Of a stretch of 43,173 nucleotides of DNA, positions 42,717 to 43,173 are shown piece by piece. This stretch comes from Naegleria gruberi (Eukaryota). The notes below the pieces were generated by a model. It was not told the origin of the DNA. It did no database searches and was given only the letters and a program-made list of their open reading frames with translations. The first letter of the stretch is position 1. Each line of letters begins with the position of its first letter. The position numbers and the translations under genes are program-made. The stretch is from NCBI GenBank assembly GCA_000004985.1, contig GG738968.1. One strand, given 5' to 3'.

Positions 42717-43173
42717 ATGAAAAGAAAGCAAGAAACAAAAAACACCAAGAAATTATCTTCATCATCCAATGAAGGACCAACAAAAAAGTTGAAGCAATCC
42801 AACCTTCTCTCCCTATTCAAGGCACCTTCATCACCTCCAGCCTCATCGCAATCCTCTACTGATACTGACTCATTGACAATAGTAGAGGAGAGTAAAACCT
42901 TCTTGGGCACGAATAATAGCTATGAATTGAACAAGCAATTTAAATTCATCAGCTGGAATGTGAATGGAATATCTGCCGTCTTTAGGAAGGAACCCAATTA
43001 TTTGAAAATGTTGGTAGAGAAGGAAGAACCTACTTGTCTTTGTTTGCAAGAGACTAAGCTTTCTGAAGATGTAAAATTATCGGAAATGGCACAATATAAA
43101 TTCAAGAATTATATTGGACACTTTAACACTTCTAGGGCAAGAAAAGGATACTCTGGTACTGCTTGTTTTGTTC
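42717..43173 (+). CDS. 5' part (152 codons, continues beyond window) of an apurinic/apyrimidinic (AP) endonuclease of the exonuclease III / APE1 family (EEP superfamily) with an about 75-aa Lys/Ser-rich N-terminal extension
   Basis: ATG at 42717 (gtttaaaaaATGaaa), preceded by an in-frame TAA. Translation: MKRKQETKNTKKLSSSSNEGPTKKLKQSNLLSLFKAPSSPPASSQSSTDTDSLTIVEESKTFLGTNNSYELNKQFKFISWNVNGISAVFRKEPNYLKMLVEKEEPTCLCLQETKLSEDVKLSEMAQYKFKNYIGHFNTSRARKGYSGTACFV. FISWNVNGI matches the N-terminal catalytic motif (human APE1 KICSWNVDGL, E. coli Xth SFNINGL). VEKEEPTCLCLQETK matches VKEEAPDILCLQETK in human APE1 (metal-binding Glu) and GLQETK in Xth. KGYSG matches EGYSGVG (APE1). Alignments are from memory of those sequences. 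Not in the ORF track because it has no stop inside the window. Confidence 0.85.
   Translation, partial: MKRKQETKNTKKLSSSSNEGPTKKLKQSNLLSLFKAPSSPPASSQSSTDTDSLTIVEESKTFLGTNNSYELNKQFKFISWNVNGISAVFRKEPNYLKMLVEKEEPTCLCLQETKLSEDVKLSEMAQYKFKNYIGHFNTSRARKGYSGTACFV

Noticed and set aside
42710-42910. 66-aa minus-strand ORF MPKKVLLSSTIVNESVSVEDCDEAGGDEG...
   Set aside because: It is antisense to the well-supported AP-endonuclease CDS, whose sense frame carries the ExoIII/APE1 motifs.

Overview
Of this 43,173-bp window, 37,414 bp (about 87%) are hard-masked N in three runs: 1257-28876, 30226-35081 and 36914-41851. Only four islands totalling about 5.76 kb can be read, so everything the ORF track reports inside the N runs (the 9217-aa ORF, the six-frame ~1600-1900-aa X-filled ORFs) is an artefact of translating N.

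The readable DNA looks like a compact, intron-poor, AT-rich (about 33-38% GC) eukaryotic genome, not a prokaryote. Start codons sit in A-runs (aaaaATG), there is an AATAAA signal after one stop codon, proteins carry S/T/P/N-rich low-complexity stretches, and intergenic spacers are 270-700 bp. The best fit is an amoebozoan or dictyostelid-like protist. Codon usage is too GC-rich for D. discoideum itself. In-frame TAA is a true stop, which rules out a ciliate code.

Genes supported from the sequence:
1. A 5'-partial minus-strand gene whose ATG is at 133, encoding a basic, S/P-rich N-terminus.
2. A 137-aa S/T/P/N-rich low-complexity ORF at 837-1250 (+) that ends 6 bp before the first mask.
3. The N-terminus (35082-35884, -) of a multi-pass membrane protein with at least 5 predicted TM helices.
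4. The C-terminus (36258-36913, -) of a surface protein with a degenerate GPS-like motif, a P/T/S mucin stalk containing a 21-bp tandem repeat, one TM helix and a short cytoplasmic tail ending in a YxxPhi motif.
5. The probable N-terminus of that same protein (41852-42388, -): signal peptide plus NHL-type repeat(s).
6. Divergently transcribed from a 328-bp spacer, the 5' part (42717-43173, +) of an ExoIII/APE1-family AP endonuclease with an about 75-aa K/S-rich, NLS-like N-terminal extension.

I found no rRNA, tRNA, CRISPR array or recognisable mobile element in the readable parts. I cannot assess whether the masked 87% contains anything novel. The most interesting visible item is the NHL + GPS-like + mucin + single-TM receptor and its same-strand multi-TM neighbour.
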